NCBI GenBank assembly: GCA_902797395.1 | Contig: CADBSO010000135.1 | Location: 2,085 to 66,084 of the forward strand | Length of the DNA stretch: 64,000 nt | Source: an uncultured Spirochaetales bacterium | Lineage (GTDB): Bacteria; Spirochaetota; Spirochaetia; Sphaerochaetales; Sphaerochaetaceae | Reading direction: 5' to 3' | Part shown: positions 62,856-64,000 of the stretch, in pieces | How the letters are laid out: each line of letters begins with the position of its first letter | How positions within the stretch are numbered: position 1 is the first letter of the stretch | Notes under the pieces: generated by a model | Databases searched by the model: none | The model's input: the letters and a program-made list of their open reading frames with translations, nothing else | Told to the model about the DNA's origin: nothing | Program-made: the position numbers and the translations under genes

Positions 62856-64000
62856 TTATGGCAAATTATGGCAAAGATCGGAATATGCGGAAACCGACAT
62901 TAGGACTATACAAGGCTCCCCAATTCGCCTTAATAGAATGAGTGCAGTTCGACAACTCGCTTCTGGCAGAACTCGTATCCTACCCCCCCCTCCAAGCGCG
63001 TATTTGAAATTCCTCCGGCTCGCATCCATAATCTCCACATTAACCTCATCCGTTTCCATGCGCCACTCTATCACATTTCCGGTCATGTCGTACAATCCGT
63101 ACCCATTCGGAGCAAGCAACCCGACCTGGTGGGTCATTTCCTGAGCATTTCCGCCGTTGGAATAATCATCCCCTCGATTCCAGCCGACCTCGTCTATGTC
63201 ATCACTTCCGGAATATTTGAACAGCGAGCTTCCATCAGGCTTGTAATTCCCTCCGCAAGCGGCTATCTTCCATTCATTAACCGATGGAATCCTATAACCC
63301 GCATCTTCGGTTTTGGAGCATCTGCTTTTAATGCTTTTAAGCCAAATAGTAGCAGCGTCGAAACATACTAAATTTGCATTTGCGGAATTCGTGCCATCAT
63401 AGTGATCGGGCTGCAGCCCTTCCATTTCCGACAAGGCATTGCAGAAACTACACGCCTCGGTCCAAATAACACGTTCCACAGGACGCTTGCGCGCATCTTC
63501 CAGCCTCCCATTTGTAATAGCCGGATCCCTCTTGAAAAGCGAAGGATTGGCTGGTATATGCGAATACCTTTGCTTGCGCCCATCATCCTGCTGAATCCAT
63601 TCATAGACATAATCCCAGACTTCCTGCGTAATCTCATATTTGGATACCTGAAACCTAGTATTGCCATACTCAACGGTCACCATATTCGACATATAGCTGA
63701 ATCTCTCATAGCAGGCATACAGCACCACATCGGATTCGATGCTGCCGGAAGAATACGCGCCGGATGACGGAAGAACAGAAGTCGACGGATTGCTGGCGGA
63801 CATATCCGCATCGGTCCAGCCGCTGAATACGTAATTACCGGACACCGTTCCATCATCAAAGCTTACCAGTCCCGGACGACTATCCGGAGAAGAGAAAGCG
63901 GAAGCGAACCTGACATCCGATTCATCGAAAGCCTCCCATTTGGACTCCTCCGCGCTTTTTGGATTCCAATACATGAATGTCAAATGAACGCTAGGCGCGT
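62856..64000 (-). CDS. FGE/SUMF1-domain protein, second paralog (5' end probably beyond the window)
   Basis: FGE blocks are WTEACSFCNALS, YRIPSVNEWKIAACGG and GNVIEW. The C-terminus is atypical (GGGG in place of RGGSW). The ORF-track start at 63983 is TTG, and the frame stays open to nt 64000. Confidence 0.7.
   Translation of the reverse strand, partial: APSVHLTFMYWNPKSAEESKWEAFDESDVRFASAFSSPDSRPGLVSFDDGTVSGNYVFSGWTDADMSASNPSTSVLPSSGAYSSGSIESDVVLYACYERFSYMSNMVTVEYGNTRFQVSKYEITQEVWDYVYEWIQQDDGRKQRYSHIPANPSLFKRDPAITNGRLEDARKRPVERVIWTEACSFCNALSEMEGLQPDHYDGTNSANANLVCFDAATIWLKSIKSRCSKTEDAGYRIPSVNEWKIAACGGNYKPDGSSLFKYSGSDDIDEVGWNRGDDYSNGGNAQEMTHQVGLLAPNGYGLYDMTGNVIEWRMETDEVNVEIMDASRRNFKYALGGGGRIRVLPEASCRTALILLRRIGEPCIVLMSVSAYSDLCHNLP

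Noticed and set aside
62983-62990. The G8 tract as evidence that the FGE paralog is a frameshifted pseudogene.
   Set aside because: The present frame downstream of the tract still shows the family's C-terminal pattern (ASCR...RRIGEP). Both alternative frames terminate early or lose that pattern.

Overview
This 64-kb chromosomal segment reads like a spirochaete (Treponema-type) genome. Supporting signs are a class-I LysRS, an archaeal-type UMP kinase, an rny-ymdB pair, thyX, many lipoproteins with a Cys lipobox, and two FGE/SUMF1-domain paralogs. About 45 of 48 protein genes and all five tRNAs lie on the minus strand.

Layout:
- (a) 1-6.25 kb is a partly AT-rich accessory islet. It holds a methyltransferase-less McrBC/LlaJI-type module, two DUF4143 AAA ATPases, an orphan ORF and a tandem palindromic repeat array.
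- (b) 6.3-17.3 kb is a very tightly packed minus-strand gene string: ADP-ribosylglycohydrolase, tandem P-II + double-DUF1538 membrane protein, P-loop protein, Fe-S DinG helicase, orphan sigma54 response regulator, thyX, sirtuin and an orphan solute-binding lipoprotein.
- (c) The remainder is housekeeping and envelope genes. These are era, lysK, deoC, pgsA, HIT, smc, ymdB, rny, MATE, dxr, folC, pyrH, rpsA, bamA, PAP2, glyQS and an ABC exporter pair, interspersed with orphan lipoprotein genes.

The strongest signal not explained by genes is three families of dispersed intergenic repeats, here named X, Y and Z. Z has 19-bp terminal inverted repeats (MITE-like). It brackets the era locus in inverted orientation, abuts stop codons, and occurs as miniature copies around tRNA-Val.

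I found no rRNA, CRISPR array, transposase or integrase. I could not identify a complete, clearly novel multi-gene system. The best candidates are ranked in the findings, and all family assignments come from motif recognition by eye with no database search.
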